From: Candidatus Marinacidobacterales bacterium | GTDB lineage: Bacteria > Acidobacteriota > Vicinamibacteria > Marinacidobacterales > DATDRI01 | DNA: 64,000 bases | Assembly: GCA_965219415.1 (NCBI GenBank) | Contig: CBDCNP010000002.1 | Span: forward strand, 448,001 to 512,000 | Direction of reading: 5' to 3' | Shown: piece by piece, positions 30,700 through 40,966 of the stretch | Layout: each line of letters begins with the position of its first letter | Numbering within the stretch: position 1 is the first letter of the stretch | Notes under the pieces: model-generated | Databases searched by the model: none | What the model saw: the letters and a program-made list of their open reading frames with translations, nothing else | What the model was told of the DNA's origin: nothing | Position numbers and translations under genes: made by a program

Positions 30700-33600
30700 T
30701 TAGAAGTCGACCTTGAACCCGATCTGGATCTCGCGACCCGGGAAGGGCTCCACGATGCTGCCGAAGACATCGCCTCCACATCCGCCCAGATCGGGCAGAG
30801 CGTCGCCGGTCGAGTCTTGACAGGTCCTGTTCACCACGAACGGGTTCGCACGGTTCGTCAGGTTGAAGAACTCGATCAGTGCGGTGAAATTCTTCCCCTC
30901 CCCGAACGGGAGGTTCCACGCGATCCGGAGGTCGACGTTGAAGAAGTCCGGTCCTTTGAACTGACCCTTCTCGGTTCCGATGAGGCGATTATCGAAGATG
31001 TTGTCCCCGTCGGTGTCGAACGGAAGCCCCGCCGCATTGAACGGGCTTCCCGACTGCCAGTTGAGCACGCCCGAAACGTCGAAGCCAGCCGGCAGTCGGT
31101 AGAGACCACTGAAGACCAAGACGTTCTTCGGCGTATTCAAGCTGCGGCCGATGTCACGCTCCGGAAAGTTGTTCCACAGGAAGCTGATCTCCGCCCCGCG
31201 TGGCGGTACTCGAAGGGTCGAGAAGTTGTCGGTGGCGTCGGTGAACGTGTAGCTCAGCAGGAAGTTGTAGTTCTGGCGGAACCGCTTCTGTAAGGCAAGA
31301 GTAAACGCGTTGGTATCCAGGAACCCCAGGTTCTCGATCTCACTGAGACAAGGCCCCGGGCCGTTGACGGTGTTTCCGGTGCAGCTCGCGGAGATGGGCT
31401 CGAGGAGCAGGTTCACCACGCGACGGGACAGAAGATTCTTCGAACGTCGGATGTGAACCTCGGCGTCGATGGTGAAGTCGCCGCTTAACGCCTGCTCGAT
31501 TCCGAAGTTCAAGGCGTCGGTGTAAGGAAGCGAATGGTCGTCCGACAGAGTCGTGATCCGGGTCACCTCGACGTCGAGCTGCCGGAATAAGAAAGCCAAC
31601 GGACGGTTGTTGACGATACTTGCGTCCCCTCGCTGCTCGAGAAACGTGAACTGGTCGCCTGCGTCGGTTGGGTTGACAAAGAAGTCATTGAGGAGCGCCA
31701 CCGCTGCTTCCGGTGAGAGCCTTCCTCCCGTGAGCTCCGGAATGCTGTCGAACGTCAGCACCGGTGGCAGCGACGGATCGGGGACGTTGATGCCAAGGAC
31801 GTCGTAGATAATGTAAGGGTTGCCCTTACCCGTGAAGCTGCTATCGGTGACGACCTTCCCATCGCGCTGGATCAGGAACGTACCCGCAGAGGTAAACGTA
31901 AAGCCCTCGGGAAGGATGTGCTCGAACAGCGTCGGATTAGCGAGGATACGGCTGCTGGATGCCTGCAAGGGCCCGAACGCCCCGAGTGCCGGATTGTTGT
32001 AGAAGGAAGCCCCTCGGGGAATCGTCTGCACCGACTGCCCGGCGAGCTGGATGCCACCTAACTCCGGTGTGAACGCGATCACCTCGGCAACGCTCACATC
32101 GTAGAACCGACCCCAGCCGGCGCGGACTATGGTCCTTCCTTCGTTCTTCAAGTCCCAGGCGATTCCAGTCCGCCATGCAACACCCCCCGTATCGAAGAGG
32201 CTGGCGTAGTCCCAGCGGACGCCAAGATTCAGAGTCAGCCCGGGTCTCGGCTCCCACGAATCCTGCCCGTACGCGGCCCAGTTGTTGGTGCTGCCGATGG
32301 CGCGGTTGTTGTCAGGGCCCTGGCCCTCCACGATGATGTTGTTCCCGACTTGGGAGCTGATGTCGTAACCCAGCCTCTCGAAGTTCGTGTCGAGAGCCGA
32401 ATTGCCGATAATGATGGACTGCGGTGGTGTGAAGAAATGATCGATCGCCACGTGATCCAGGTCTATGCCAAACTTGAAGGCATGACTGCCCGTGCTCTCC
32501 GAGTCCATGAAGTACGACAAATGCTCCTGCCATTGCCACCGCTCTTGTTGGCGATCGATCTGCCCCACTCCGGACGAATTGGACACGAAGATCTGGAAAT
32601 TGGGGACGAATACGAGCGGGAACAGCTGCTCCGCAGACGCCGGTTTCTCGGCATTCTCCAGGTAGTCGCTCTTCCAATAACGGAGCGACGACTCCAGGAA
32701 CGAGCTGTCGCTGAAGAAACTGGTGTAGCGTCCGTTGATGCTATTGGTGTTCCGGTCGATGTCGGAGGCCGTCGAGGGAAGCGTGACCGTCCCCGGCGGC
32801 GGAGAGCCGAACAAGGCCTCAGCCGGCGGTTGGAAGTCATTATCCGATCGGCGGTTCAGGTTCCAGGTCACGAACATCTGGTTCTTGGCGTTGAAACGGT
32901 GATCGAACTTGAAGAGGTTCGTGATCCTCCTCTGCTGAGGGACCGCGTCCAGCGGCTCACCCCCCGTGGCGGGCGAAAAATAGCCGGCCTGGACGATCGG
33001 GGTCAGAATCGACTGGTCCAAGTTGGCCCCCCGGTCTTCCTTTACATACTGGAACGCATCGAAGAAGAACGTCTTGTCGGTCTTGATCGGGCCACCAATG
33101 GTGCCACCGACTTCGATACGCTCCAACGCGGGAGGATCCTGCCCCTCGACGTTCGACGAGTTCAGAGAGTCGTCGCGGATGAAGAAGAAGCCCCGAGCAT
33201 CGACCTGGTTGGTCCCGGAACGGGTGACGATGCTGGTCACAGCACCGGAAGCGCGCCCGTACTCTGCCGGATATCCAGCCAAAAAGACCTTGAACTCCTG
33301 GATCGCGTCCTGGACGAAGAACTCCGCGGCCCCCCGTGTCCAGAGGTCGTTGGCGTCGTTACCGTCGATCAGGAACGAGTTCGCGATCGCCCGCTCCCCG
33401 AAGACCGTGAAGGTTGTCCCCTGGTCTGATGACGAGGGACGCTTCGCCACACCGGGTACGAGCTCCACCAGGTCCAGAAACTCACGACCCTTGAGCGGAA
33501 TGTTGTCGATGGTCGTGTTGTCGATAGGAACGCCGAGGCCCGATTCCTTGACCCGGACCGGCGCCGAATCCGCCATCACGGTGATCGTCTCCTCCACGCC

Positions 33601-33942
33601 CGCGAGCTGAAGGACAACGGCTATCCGGACGGTCGTCCCGACCGGGACGACGATTTCCGTCACGGTCTCAGTCGCGAAGCCGGAGAGCTCGACCGTGATG
33701 GAGTAGGTCCCGGCCTGGACACCCGGAATACGGTAGGCGCCTTGAGCGTCGGTCGTCACCGTGACGGTGCCGCGAACCAGCGCCGGGCTGGTGGCGGTCA
33801 CACTCGCACCAGGCAAAACGGCGCCGCCCTGGTCGCTGACCGTCCCCTGGATAACACCGGTAATACCCTGCGCCGAAGCCATAGATGCGGTGGCCACGAT
33901 CATCAAAGCTAAGATAAAGGTACGTAGAAACAATGGTTTCAT
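30700..33942 (-). CDS. TonB-dependent receptor (Oar-like), paralog of 19077..22280
   Basis: Start MKPLFLR with AGGAG RBS. GTVSDQGGAVLPGA, IPLKGREFLDL, AIQEF and GQDSW..GVRWD motifs; C-terminal GREIQIGFKVDF. Confidence 0.93.
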   Translation of the reverse strand: MKPLFLRTFILALMIVATASMASAQGITGVIQGTVSDQGGAVLPGASVTATSPALVRGTVTVTTDAQGAYRIPGVQAGTYSITVELSGFATETVTEIVVPVGTTVRIAVVLQLAGVEETITVMADSAPVRVKESGLGVPIDNTTIDNIPLKGREFLDLVELVPGVAKRPSSSDQGTTFTVFGERAIANSFLIDGNDANDLWTRGAAEFFVQDAIQEFKVFLAGYPAEYGRASGAVTSIVTRSGTNQVDARGFFFIRDDSLNSSNVEGQDPPALERIEVGGTIGGPIKTDKTFFFDAFQYVKEDRGANLDQSILTPIVQAGYFSPATGGEPLDAVPQQRRITNLFKFDHRFNAKNQMFVTWNLNRRSDNDFQPPAEALFGSPPPGTVTLPSTASDIDRNTNSINGRYTSFFSDSSFLESSLRYWKSDYLENAEKPASAEQLFPLVFVPNFQIFVSNSSGVGQIDRQQERWQWQEHLSYFMDSESTGSHAFKFGIDLDHVAIDHFFTPPQSIIIGNSALDTNFERLGYDISSQVGNNIIVEGQGPDNNRAIGSTNNWAAYGQDSWEPRPGLTLNLGVRWDYASLFDTGGVAWRTGIAWDLKNEGRTIVRAGWGRFYDVSVAEVIAFTPELGGIQLAGQSVQTIPRGASFYNNPALGAFGPLQASSSRILANPTLFEHILPEGFTFTSAGTFLIQRDGKVVTDSSFTGKGNPYIIYDVLGINVPDPSLPPVLTFDSIPELTGGRLSPEAAVALLNDFFVNPTDAGDQFTFLEQRGDASIVNNRPLAFLFRQLDVEVTRITTLSDDHSLPYTDALNFGIEQALSGDFTIDAEVHIRRSKNLLSRRVVNLLLEPISASCTGNTVNGPGPCLSEIENLGFLDTNAFTLALQKRFRQNYNFLLSYTFTDATDNFSTLRVPPRGAEISFLWNNFPERDIGRSLNTPKNVLVFSGLYRLPAGFDVSGVLNWQSGSPFNAAGLPFDTDGDNIFDNRLIGTEKGQFKGPDFFNVDLRIAWNLPFGEGKNFTALIEFFNLTNRANPFVVNRTCQDSTGDALPDLGGCGGDVFGSIVEPFPGREIQIGFKVDF

Positions 33943-34120
33943 CGATGATTCTCCTATTGGGGGCGATTGTGAATAGCCCCATGACGCACCGATTCGCCTT
34001 GGGAAAACCTTTGGTGAGGGGGTAAAAGCAAGAATATCGGCTGTTGACCCACCATGGCGCTCTCGGCCGGCGACGATAGAGTCCCAGCATCGAGACCCTT
34101 CCTCCGGGCATACCCGCGGG

Positions 34121-34149
34121 ATCCTAAGCGGTTCATCCACCGCAGTCAA
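34121..34149 (-). promoter_or_regulatory. Putative sigma70 promoter for the TonB receptor
   Basis: Minus strand TTGACT-N17-TAGGAT; the spacer contains the inverted repeat GCGGT...ACCGC. Confidence 0.5.
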
Positions 34150-34174
34150 GTGGTTTATGGCCGGGAGGTAACTA

Positions 34175-34888
34175 CTATTTCACCTGAAAACTCGCTCCGT
34201 CCGACAGGGTGAGTCTCTGACCATCGAAGGTCGCTTTTGTTGTCTCATCGCGGCGGTAGGAGACTTTGGAGCCTTTAGCCTCTGCCCAGCGCAGCACCTT
34301 AAGGTTGTAGGACTCTCCCTGGCGCTCGAAAGCGCCGCAACCTGTGACCACACCGCCCTCTCGGGCCGCGACCAACAGGAAGCGACCGTCGACGAATGCC
34401 AACATCCCACCCACCAGCTCATGGATCTCGCCGACACCTTCACCGAGTCGTTTGAACGTCTGCACCGTCCCGCTCCCAAACGTGAGCGTTAGCTCGTCCC
34501 CCGAGCGCTCCACCAATAGCTGGTGCTCCGTCCTCCCGCGCTCTGAGAAAGCTGGCGCTTTCTTCGGCGAGACGCTGATGGTTTGCTCGGCCACCATCTC
34601 GATGCCGTCCGGACCATGCCGGTAGGTCCCCGCGTGAGCCATCGCTCCCTGCGTCTCGAAGGGCTCTCCGTCGTTGATGGACTGCTGGACGAACTTCCCA
34701 TCCTTGAAGACGAACATCCCAGTCAGAGAAAACTCCCCTTGCCCCCGCGGCGTGAGACCGGTGTAGGCCCAAAGTCCTTCCGCGCCTTCGCTCGCGGACT
34801 CCGGGGCTTGCGCCGTCGCGCCCGCCTCGAGCGCAATCGACACGGCTAGCACATACAGCAACAGGAAAGACTTGATTGCTTTTCTCAT
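34175..34888 (-). CDS. Secreted hypothetical protein, two lipocalin-like repeats
   Basis: Signal peptide and EGLW motif; internal repeat GMFVFKDGKF/GMLAFVDGRF and GDELTL/GQRLTL. Confidence 0.7.
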   Translation of the reverse strand: MRKAIKSFLLLYVLAVSIALEAGATAQAPESASEGAEGLWAYTGLTPRGQGEFSLTGMFVFKDGKFVQQSINDGEPFETQGAMAHAGTYRHGPDGIEMVAEQTISVSPKKAPAFSERGRTEHQLLVERSGDELTLTFGSGTVQTFKRLGEGVGEIHELVGGMLAFVDGRFLLVAAREGGVVTGCGAFERQGESYNLKVLRWAEAKGSKVSYRRDETTKATFDGQRLTLSDGASFQVK

Positions 34889-34953
34889 TGATTCCCCTCA
34901 TGGGTTCGACTTGACGGCAACAGGCTCATCAGCTATGCAAGCATGAGGTTAGC

Positions 34954-35871
34954 ATGCACAAGACGACTTTGCTGGCAATGGGCCTCGCGTGTTTTCACTT
35001 AAGCACGGCGGCCGCGCAAGACCGATCCACATACGCTACGCACCTGAACGCGTCGAGCTCCGGAATCGACTGGATCGCTTTCTACGACGAGATTGACGCG
35101 TTGACGGCAGAAACGCGAAAGGAGCTCCGGCATCATCTCGATCTTCCATACGGCGAGGACCCGAAGCAAAAGCTCGACTTGTACCTTCCCCAGCCCGAAA
35201 TGTCCGAAACGGCCGGCCCGGTCTACATCTTCATTCACGGCGGAGGATTCGTCGAAGGCGACCGTGTGCACTATGGCTACGTGGCTCGGCCACTCGCGGC
35301 GCAGGGGATCGTGACGGTGGTGATGAGCTACCGGCTCTCCCCGGCCCACTACCCCGACCAACTTCACGATGTCCAAGACGTATTGGGCTGGGTGTATCGG
35401 AACATCGAAAAGTACGGTGGCGACCCTTCACAAATTTACGTTGGCGGTCACTCGGCAGGCGCAATCCTGTCGGCCTTCGTCTCGGTAGACAGCACCTGGC
35501 TTTCCTCGACGTCTCTTCCGGACGATCTCATCAAGGGCTATGTTCCAATCAGCGGGCCCTATGATCTCCGCAAGCCGGGCGGTTTCGTTGACAACTATCT
35601 ACCCGACGATGCCATGCGCACCGAGGCGAGCCCGATTCTCAATATCCAGAACGTCGCTCCGAAGGCCGTTGTGGCGGTTGGCACGCTCGAGAAACCGTAC
35701 CTCGAATCATCGAAGGCATTTGTGGAAGCGCTTCGTGCGGATGGTGGCGATGCAAAACTTCTCGTGCTCGAGGACATGGCTCATGATGCCACCGCATTGA
35801 CCGCGGGTGACGAGGATGGCCCTCTCGTCCGAGCCTTGATCGAGCTGATCGAGTCCAACCGTCAGAACTAG
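34954..35871 (+). CDS. Alpha/beta hydrolase (arylformamidase/BD-FAE-like, HSL family)
   Basis: QKLDLY, IHGGGF, GHSAG nucleophile elbow, ISGPYD and MAH motifs. Confidence 0.9.
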   Translation: MHKTTLLAMGLACFHLSTAAAQDRSTYATHLNASSSGIDWIAFYDEIDALTAETRKELRHHLDLPYGEDPKQKLDLYLPQPEMSETAGPVYIFIHGGGFVEGDRVHYGYVARPLAAQGIVTVVMSYRLSPAHYPDQLHDVQDVLGWVYRNIEKYGGDPSQIYVGGHSAGAILSAFVSVDSTWLSSTSLPDDLIKGYVPISGPYDLRKPGGFVDNYLPDDAMRTEASPILNIQNVAPKAVVAVGTLEKPYLESSKAFVEALRADGGDAKLLVLEDMAHDATALTAGDEDGPLVRALIELIESNRQN

Positions 35872-35913
35872 TGCCGTTCCAACTAACGTCGCCGAGCACG
35901 TTGGCTGGTCTGT

Positions 35914-35951
35914 CCCCCTCACCCTCCCCTCTCCCCAAAAAGGGGAGAGGG
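35914..35951 (+). repeat. BoxC-like pyrimidine/purine palindromic repeat
   Basis: CCCCCTCACCCTCCCCTCTCCCC-AAAAA-GGGGAGAGGG. Confidence 0.7.
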
Positions 35952-36052
35952 AAAAAAGGAACAAGACTTGTGCCGCCCCGCGAGCCCCATATAGAATCGG
36001 ACCAAGACGAAGGGCCAACCCAACTGGCCGAGCCTAACTCACGGAGCCATAC

Positions 36053-36442
36053 ATGTCCGCAAACAAGGATCTCACGAAGTCCATGTTCGAACGGTTCAAC
36101 GCGATGGATGCCGATGGCCTTTCGCCACTGGTCAGTGATGGCGTGAAACACAGCGCCCCGGGGACCCAGTTCGGTGTCGATCTCGAGGGGAAATCAATAT
36201 TCATCGCATATTTCCGCGAAAAAGTGTTCCCGAAGTTCGAGAAGGTCCACTTCATACCGGACAATATGTACGACGATGCCGAGGCCGGTGTGGTAGTGAC
36301 TGAATGGCACGGAGATTTCCTGACTAAGACGGGCAAGCCGTTCTCGAGCAAAGGCGTCTTCGTCGTGGCGATCACCGAGGGAAAGATCGATTGGGTACGC
36401 GAGTACTTCGACACCGAGAAAACCAAGAAAGCCATGAGCTAG
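36053..36442 (+). CDS. SnoaL-like/NTF2 family protein
   Basis: 129 aa; FNAMD..G.., VVTEW, GKPFSSKGVFVV..TEGKI..VREYFDT pattern. Confidence 0.88.
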   Translation: MSANKDLTKSMFERFNAMDADGLSPLVSDGVKHSAPGTQFGVDLEGKSIFIAYFREKVFPKFEKVHFIPDNMYDDAEAGVVVTEWHGDFLTKTGKPFSSKGVFVVAITEGKIDWVREYFDTEKTKKAMS

Positions 36443-36443
36443 G

Positions 36444-36479
36444 CCCCCTCTCCCCTCTGGGGAGAGGTTGGGTGAGGGG
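36444..36479 (-). repeat. Second BoxC-like repeat, opposite orientation
   Basis: CCCCCTCTCCCCTCTGGGGAGAGGTTGGGTGAGGGG is a reverse-oriented relative of 35914..35951. Confidence 0.7.
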
Positions 36480-36505
36480 CCACGAACAACTAAGGAGGAC
36501 CGGAG

Positions 36506-38299
36506 ATGTCAGCACAAGCGAAAGAAAAGAGTGGCGGAGTCGATCCGATCACGCTGGCGGTGGTCCGGGGCGCACTCGAGACTACCCAGCGCCAGATGAC
36601 TCTGACCATGGAGAGAACCGGACGCTCGAGCGTCGTCGCCGTTTCGCGCGACTTCTCCAACGCCATCTTCGACTGGACTCCCGAGATGATTGTGCAAGGG
36701 CAGGATCTGCCGATTCACTTGGGCTCACTGATCTTGGCTACCCGAACCATCTCCGATTATTTCAAGGAAGACATCGAGCCCGGCGACGTGATCATCCACA
36801 ACGATCCCGTCTACGACGGAAGTCACACGTTGGACTGGTGCCAATACAAGCCGGTCTTCTTCGAGAACGAAATCGTCTTCTGGTTGGTTAGCAAAGGCCA
36901 CATGGCGGATGGAGGCGGACCCGTTCCGGGCGGTTACAACCCGGAAGCGACCGAGATTTACGCCGAGAGTTTGCGCATCCCGCCGATCAAGATCATCGAA
37001 GCCGGAAAGTTGAAGAAAGACCTCTTCAACCTCCTGGTGACGAACGTCCGCACGCGGGAGAACATATCCGGCGACCTCAGAGCGCAGCTCGGTGCACTCC
37101 GGGTAGGCGAGCGCAATCTACTCGCCCTTCTGAAGAAGTACGGAAAAGAAGAGGTCAAGGCGTGTGTGTCGGAACTCTTGAATCTCTCCGAACGTCACAT
37201 GCGTGAGCTGATCCAGGAGCTCCCTGATGGCGTCCACCAAGGACAAGCCATGATCGAAGACATCGGACACGGGTTGGGAGACAAGCCGGTCGATGTCGAG
37301 GTCGAGGTCACGGGAGATCGGATGAAGATCCGTTTGGAGGCGCCAGCTCAGATTCCCTTCTACACCAACTCCTATCGAGCTAACACCACGAGTGCGGTCT
37401 ACCTAGGGCTAGTCATGTTCATGAAGCCGGAGCCTCCCTACAACGAAGGCATGTACCGATCCATCGAGCTCGACTACGGCCCGCACGGAACCATGGTCAA
37501 CGCGAAGGAGCCGGCTCCTCATGTCGCGAGTACGACCTGTCCTGCGGAGACGGTTACCGATGCGGTCCGCAACACATTGGCGGCGGCCTACCCCGGCAGG
37601 GCCTCCGCCGGCTGGGGGCATTGCTCCTGCATCAACGTGTCCGGTATCGATCCCAGGACCCAAGCCGAATACGTCCATATGATGGTCTCGACGCTTTCCT
37701 GCGGCGCGGGCGCGGTAGAAGGGTTGGACGGATGGCACGGCGTCGGCCCGCAAGCAGGATTGGGAGGGGCCACCTGCGGTGAGCAGGAACAGCTCGAGTA
37801 CGGCTATCCGCTCATCGTTCACAACTACTCGATCACCAAGGACTCGGGCGCGGCGGGCAAGTACCGTGGGGGTTGCGGGACGACCTGCGAGGTGGAACCG
37901 GTCGGACACGAGATGACTGTGGTGGTGTGGGGTGAAGGTCGCAAGTATCCCGCGTCAAACACGGAAGGAGCGAAGTCGGTCTGGATCGACAACAAGATCT
38001 GCCAAGTCGAGTTGATCAAGAAAGACGGCACGGTGGAGACGATCCGCGAGAACAAGCTGCTCAAGATCGGACCGGGCGAGCGCATCCGCACCACTAGCGC
38101 CGGGGGTGGCGCGGTCGGTCCACCGTTGGAACGCGATCCCGAAGCAGTCGCCGACGACGTCCGGAACGAAAAAGTCTCTCCAGAGGGTGCCCGTGTCGAA
38201 TACGGCGTGGTCATCGATCCGAAAACGCTTCAAGTCGACGAGGCGGAAACCACGAAGCTGCGTGCCGAGTCGCGAGAGAAAGTGTCCCATGGGGTATAA
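36506..38299 (+). CDS. Hydantoinase B/oxoprolinase family protein
   Basis: VDPITL, DFS, NDP.YDGSH, GHMADGGG, DSGAAGKYRGG and AGGGAVGPPLERDP motifs. Confidence 0.94.
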   Translation: MSAQAKEKSGGVDPITLAVVRGALETTQRQMTLTMERTGRSSVVAVSRDFSNAIFDWTPEMIVQGQDLPIHLGSLILATRTISDYFKEDIEPGDVIIHNDPVYDGSHTLDWCQYKPVFFENEIVFWLVSKGHMADGGGPVPGGYNPEATEIYAESLRIPPIKIIEAGKLKKDLFNLLVTNVRTRENISGDLRAQLGALRVGERNLLALLKKYGKEEVKACVSELLNLSERHMRELIQELPDGVHQGQAMIEDIGHGLGDKPVDVEVEVTGDRMKIRLEAPAQIPFYTNSYRANTTSAVYLGLVMFMKPEPPYNEGMYRSIELDYGPHGTMVNAKEPAPHVASTTCPAETVTDAVRNTLAAAYPGRASAGWGHCSCINVSGIDPRTQAEYVHMMVSTLSCGAGAVEGLDGWHGVGPQAGLGGATCGEQEQLEYGYPLIVHNYSITKDSGAAGKYRGGCGTTCEVEPVGHEMTVVVWGEGRKYPASNTEGAKSVWIDNKICQVELIKKDGTVETIRENKLLKIGPGERIRTTSAGGGAVGPPLERDPEAVADDVRNEKVSPEGARVEYGVVIDPKTLQVDEAETTKLRAESREKVSHGV

Positions 38300-40361
38300 G
38301 CTCGGGATCGACACCGGCGGCACGTTTACCGACTTCGTGGTCTTTCGCGAAGACGGTACTTGGGAGCTGTCGAAGACCGCCTCCACACCAGAGCACCCAC
38401 CGAAGTCGATCCGCGAAGGGCTCGTCCAAATCTGCGACGGCCTGAAAGTGGATCAGAAAGAATTCCTCGCCAACTGCGACTACATCATCTATGGAACGAC
38501 GGTCGGCCTGAACTCCTTGATTCAACACAAAGGCGCGAAGCTCGGTCTGTTTTGCACGAAAGGCCATCAAGATTCTCTCGAGCTCCGCTTAGCTCACAAG
38601 GAAGACGGACACCGTTACGACTTCTACTACCCACCGGCGGAGATGTTAGTTCCTCGCTGGCTCCGGGTCCCGGTGCAGGAACGGATCACCGCCGCCGGCG
38701 AGGTGTTGACGCCCCTCAAGGAAGAAGATGTCCGCGCCGGAATCGAAAAGTTCAAAGAGGCGGGTGTGGACTCGGTGGCGGTCTGTTTTCTGTGGTCCTT
38801 CCTGAATCCAGCACATGAAAAACGTGTGGGTGAAATCATCCGTGAGGAATTTCCCGACGCTTACCTGACACTCTCGGTCGATGTGTTGCCTCAAATCCGG
38901 GAGTACACCCGGGTCAGTACGACCGCGGTGAATGGTTTCATTGGGCCGGTGCTCCGAAACTCGATCCAAGAGATCGAGAGCATGTTGCACGACATGGGTT
39001 ATCGCAACCCGATCCGTTACATGCAATGCAACGGTGGGATCTCTTCGGGCGACTTTATTTCCCGCAAGGCGGTCTACGCCATCAACTCCGGGCCGGCGGC
39101 GGGCCCGACGGCGAGTCTCTTTTTCGGAGAGCGGGCCGAGCTGAGCAGTCTTTTGACCCTCGATATGGGAGGTACCAGCACCGACATCAGCATCGTTCAG
39201 GACGGCCAGGTGGACATCGTCAAGAACTTGGAGGTCGAGAGGTACTTGCTGGGTATTCCGCTGGTGAACGTCGTCAATATTGGCGCCGGCGGCGGGAGCA
39301 TTGCCTGGCTCGACTCCAAACGTATCTTGAGAGTGGGACCGCAAAGCGCGGAAGCAAACCCGGGACCGGCCTGCTACGGCCGGGGGGGTACCGAGGCGAC
39401 GGTCACCGATGCGCTCAGCGTCCTGGGTTACCTCAACCCCGACTACCTCTTGGCGGGCGCCTTCAAGCTCGATCGGGATGCCGCCCACCGTGCGGTGCGC
39501 GAGAAAGTCGCGGAGCCTTTGGGTCTCACGATGGAACGAGCCGCGCTTGGTGTCTTCGACGTGGTCAACTCCAACATGATCGGGGGGATTCGAGCCGTTT
39601 CCGTCGAGAGGGGCTACGATCCTCGCGACTTCGTCTTCGTGGCCGGAGGCGGTGCCACCAGCGCGTTCATCGGTCGGCTCGCCGCCGACCTGGACGTCGA
39701 GCGCGTCCTGATTCCGAAAGTGGCATCGGGCCTATGCGCCTTCGGAGAAGCGATCGCCGACGTCAAACACAGCCACATGGCGACTTATATCACCCACTTC
39801 TCCAAACTGGACCTCGGTCGCCTGAACCGCATTCTTTCAGACCTCGAGTCCCTGGGCCGGAAGGATCTCGAAGAAGAAGGGTTCGCCCCCGAGGACATCA
39901 CGATCCAACGTTCCATGGAGATCCGATACGCCGACCAAATACACGAATGCACGGTGCCGATTCCGTTCCAGGGCGAGCTCTCCGAAGAGTACGTCGGCAA
40001 GGTCAAAGAGCTGTTCCACCGCCGGCACGAGGAAATCTACACCTACTGCGAGCCCGATAATGAGCCGGAGTTGGTCAACATGGAAGTGAACGCGATCGGA
40101 TTAACGCGCGCGTCCAGCCGCGCCGTCGGCCAGGTCGATGGAAACGGCGCGGCCGGAGGCGGGGTGACCGCGAAGCGTCGCGCCTATTTCCACGAGCACA
40201 AAGACTATGTGGAAGTTTCGGTCTATGACGGGCGGCAAGTAAAGGTTGGACAGAGCATCGCCGGCCCCGCGATCATCGAAGAACCGACGACGACCATCGT
40301 GGTCTTCCCCGATTGGAAAATCGAACTGAAGCCGGCCAGTTACTATCTGATGACTCGTTGA
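38289..40361 (+). CDS. Hydantoinase A/oxoprolinase family protein
   Basis: Start MGYKLGIDTGGTFTD at 38289; SGPAAG, DMGGTSTD, IGAGGGS and GPQSAEANPGPACY motifs. Confidence 0.94.
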   Translation: MGYKLGIDTGGTFTDFVVFREDGTWELSKTASTPEHPPKSIREGLVQICDGLKVDQKEFLANCDYIIYGTTVGLNSLIQHKGAKLGLFCTKGHQDSLELRLAHKEDGHRYDFYYPPAEMLVPRWLRVPVQERITAAGEVLTPLKEEDVRAGIEKFKEAGVDSVAVCFLWSFLNPAHEKRVGEIIREEFPDAYLTLSVDVLPQIREYTRVSTTAVNGFIGPVLRNSIQEIESMLHDMGYRNPIRYMQCNGGISSGDFISRKAVYAINSGPAAGPTASLFFGERAELSSLLTLDMGGTSTDISIVQDGQVDIVKNLEVERYLLGIPLVNVVNIGAGGGSIAWLDSKRILRVGPQSAEANPGPACYGRGGTEATVTDALSVLGYLNPDYLLAGAFKLDRDAAHRAVREKVAEPLGLTMERAALGVFDVVNSNMIGGIRAVSVERGYDPRDFVFVAGGGATSAFIGRLAADLDVERVLIPKVASGLCAFGEAIADVKHSHMATYITHFSKLDLGRLNRILSDLESLGRKDLEEEGFAPEDITIQRSMEIRYADQIHECTVPIPFQGELSEEYVGKVKELFHRRHEEIYTYCEPDNEPELVNMEVNAIGLTRASSRAVGQVDGNGAAGGGVTAKRRAYFHEHKDYVEVSVYDGRQVKVGQSIAGPAIIEEPTTTIVVFPDWKIELKPASYYLMTR

Positions 40362-40398
40362 TTACGGCCACCCGGATCAACAAACCGATCGCACCAAA

Positions 40399-40966
40399 CT
40401 AAGAAGCGGTGGGTGTGAGTCCCAGAAACTCCGTCTCGACGTATCGGAAATCCTCGTCCATCCTGTCCTGCTCGTCGCGATCGAACGTTTCGCGAGCCTC
40501 ACGATACCTCTCTCGCAGAACCTCTGGCAGGATGCGAGCGTTGTCGCAGACGTCGCGAATGTCCTCACGGTCCTTGGGTCCAAACCGCTTGGGACCAAGC
40601 TTGCTGACCACAAGGTCGTAAGGATCCAGCACGTGGACGCGCAAGTTCTCGAGGTCAGGAATGTCGACCAATCGGCTACACGCTCTCCATCCCAGCGCAT
40701 GGGGGAACATACCCTCGGTCCAAGTAGTAGCGTGTGACTCGGTGAATGTCAGAGTTCCGACCCGCGGCTCTGCGAAGCTCTCCTAGGGTTTCCTCCGGAC
40801 TTCCGATCGCGTCAACGTCCACCGTCGCCTGTCGTCCACCGTAGGCTAGCAGAACCGCCGCGCCGCCACCAAGGTAGAGGTCGAGTTTCCTTGGCGGCTT
40901 CAAGAGGGCATCCACTTTTCTTAAGAACCCAACGATGGACTCTCCACTGGAGCTGATAAGAATCAC
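40399..40966 (-). pseudogene. DUF6036-like nucleotidyltransferase-fold protein, frameshifted near 40715
   Basis: N-half LYLGGGAAV...ATVDVDAI (GG + DxD). C-half in another frame VLDPYDLVVSKL..RFGPKDREDI (SK..R..KD). The start overlaps the XRE stop. Confidence 0.75.
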
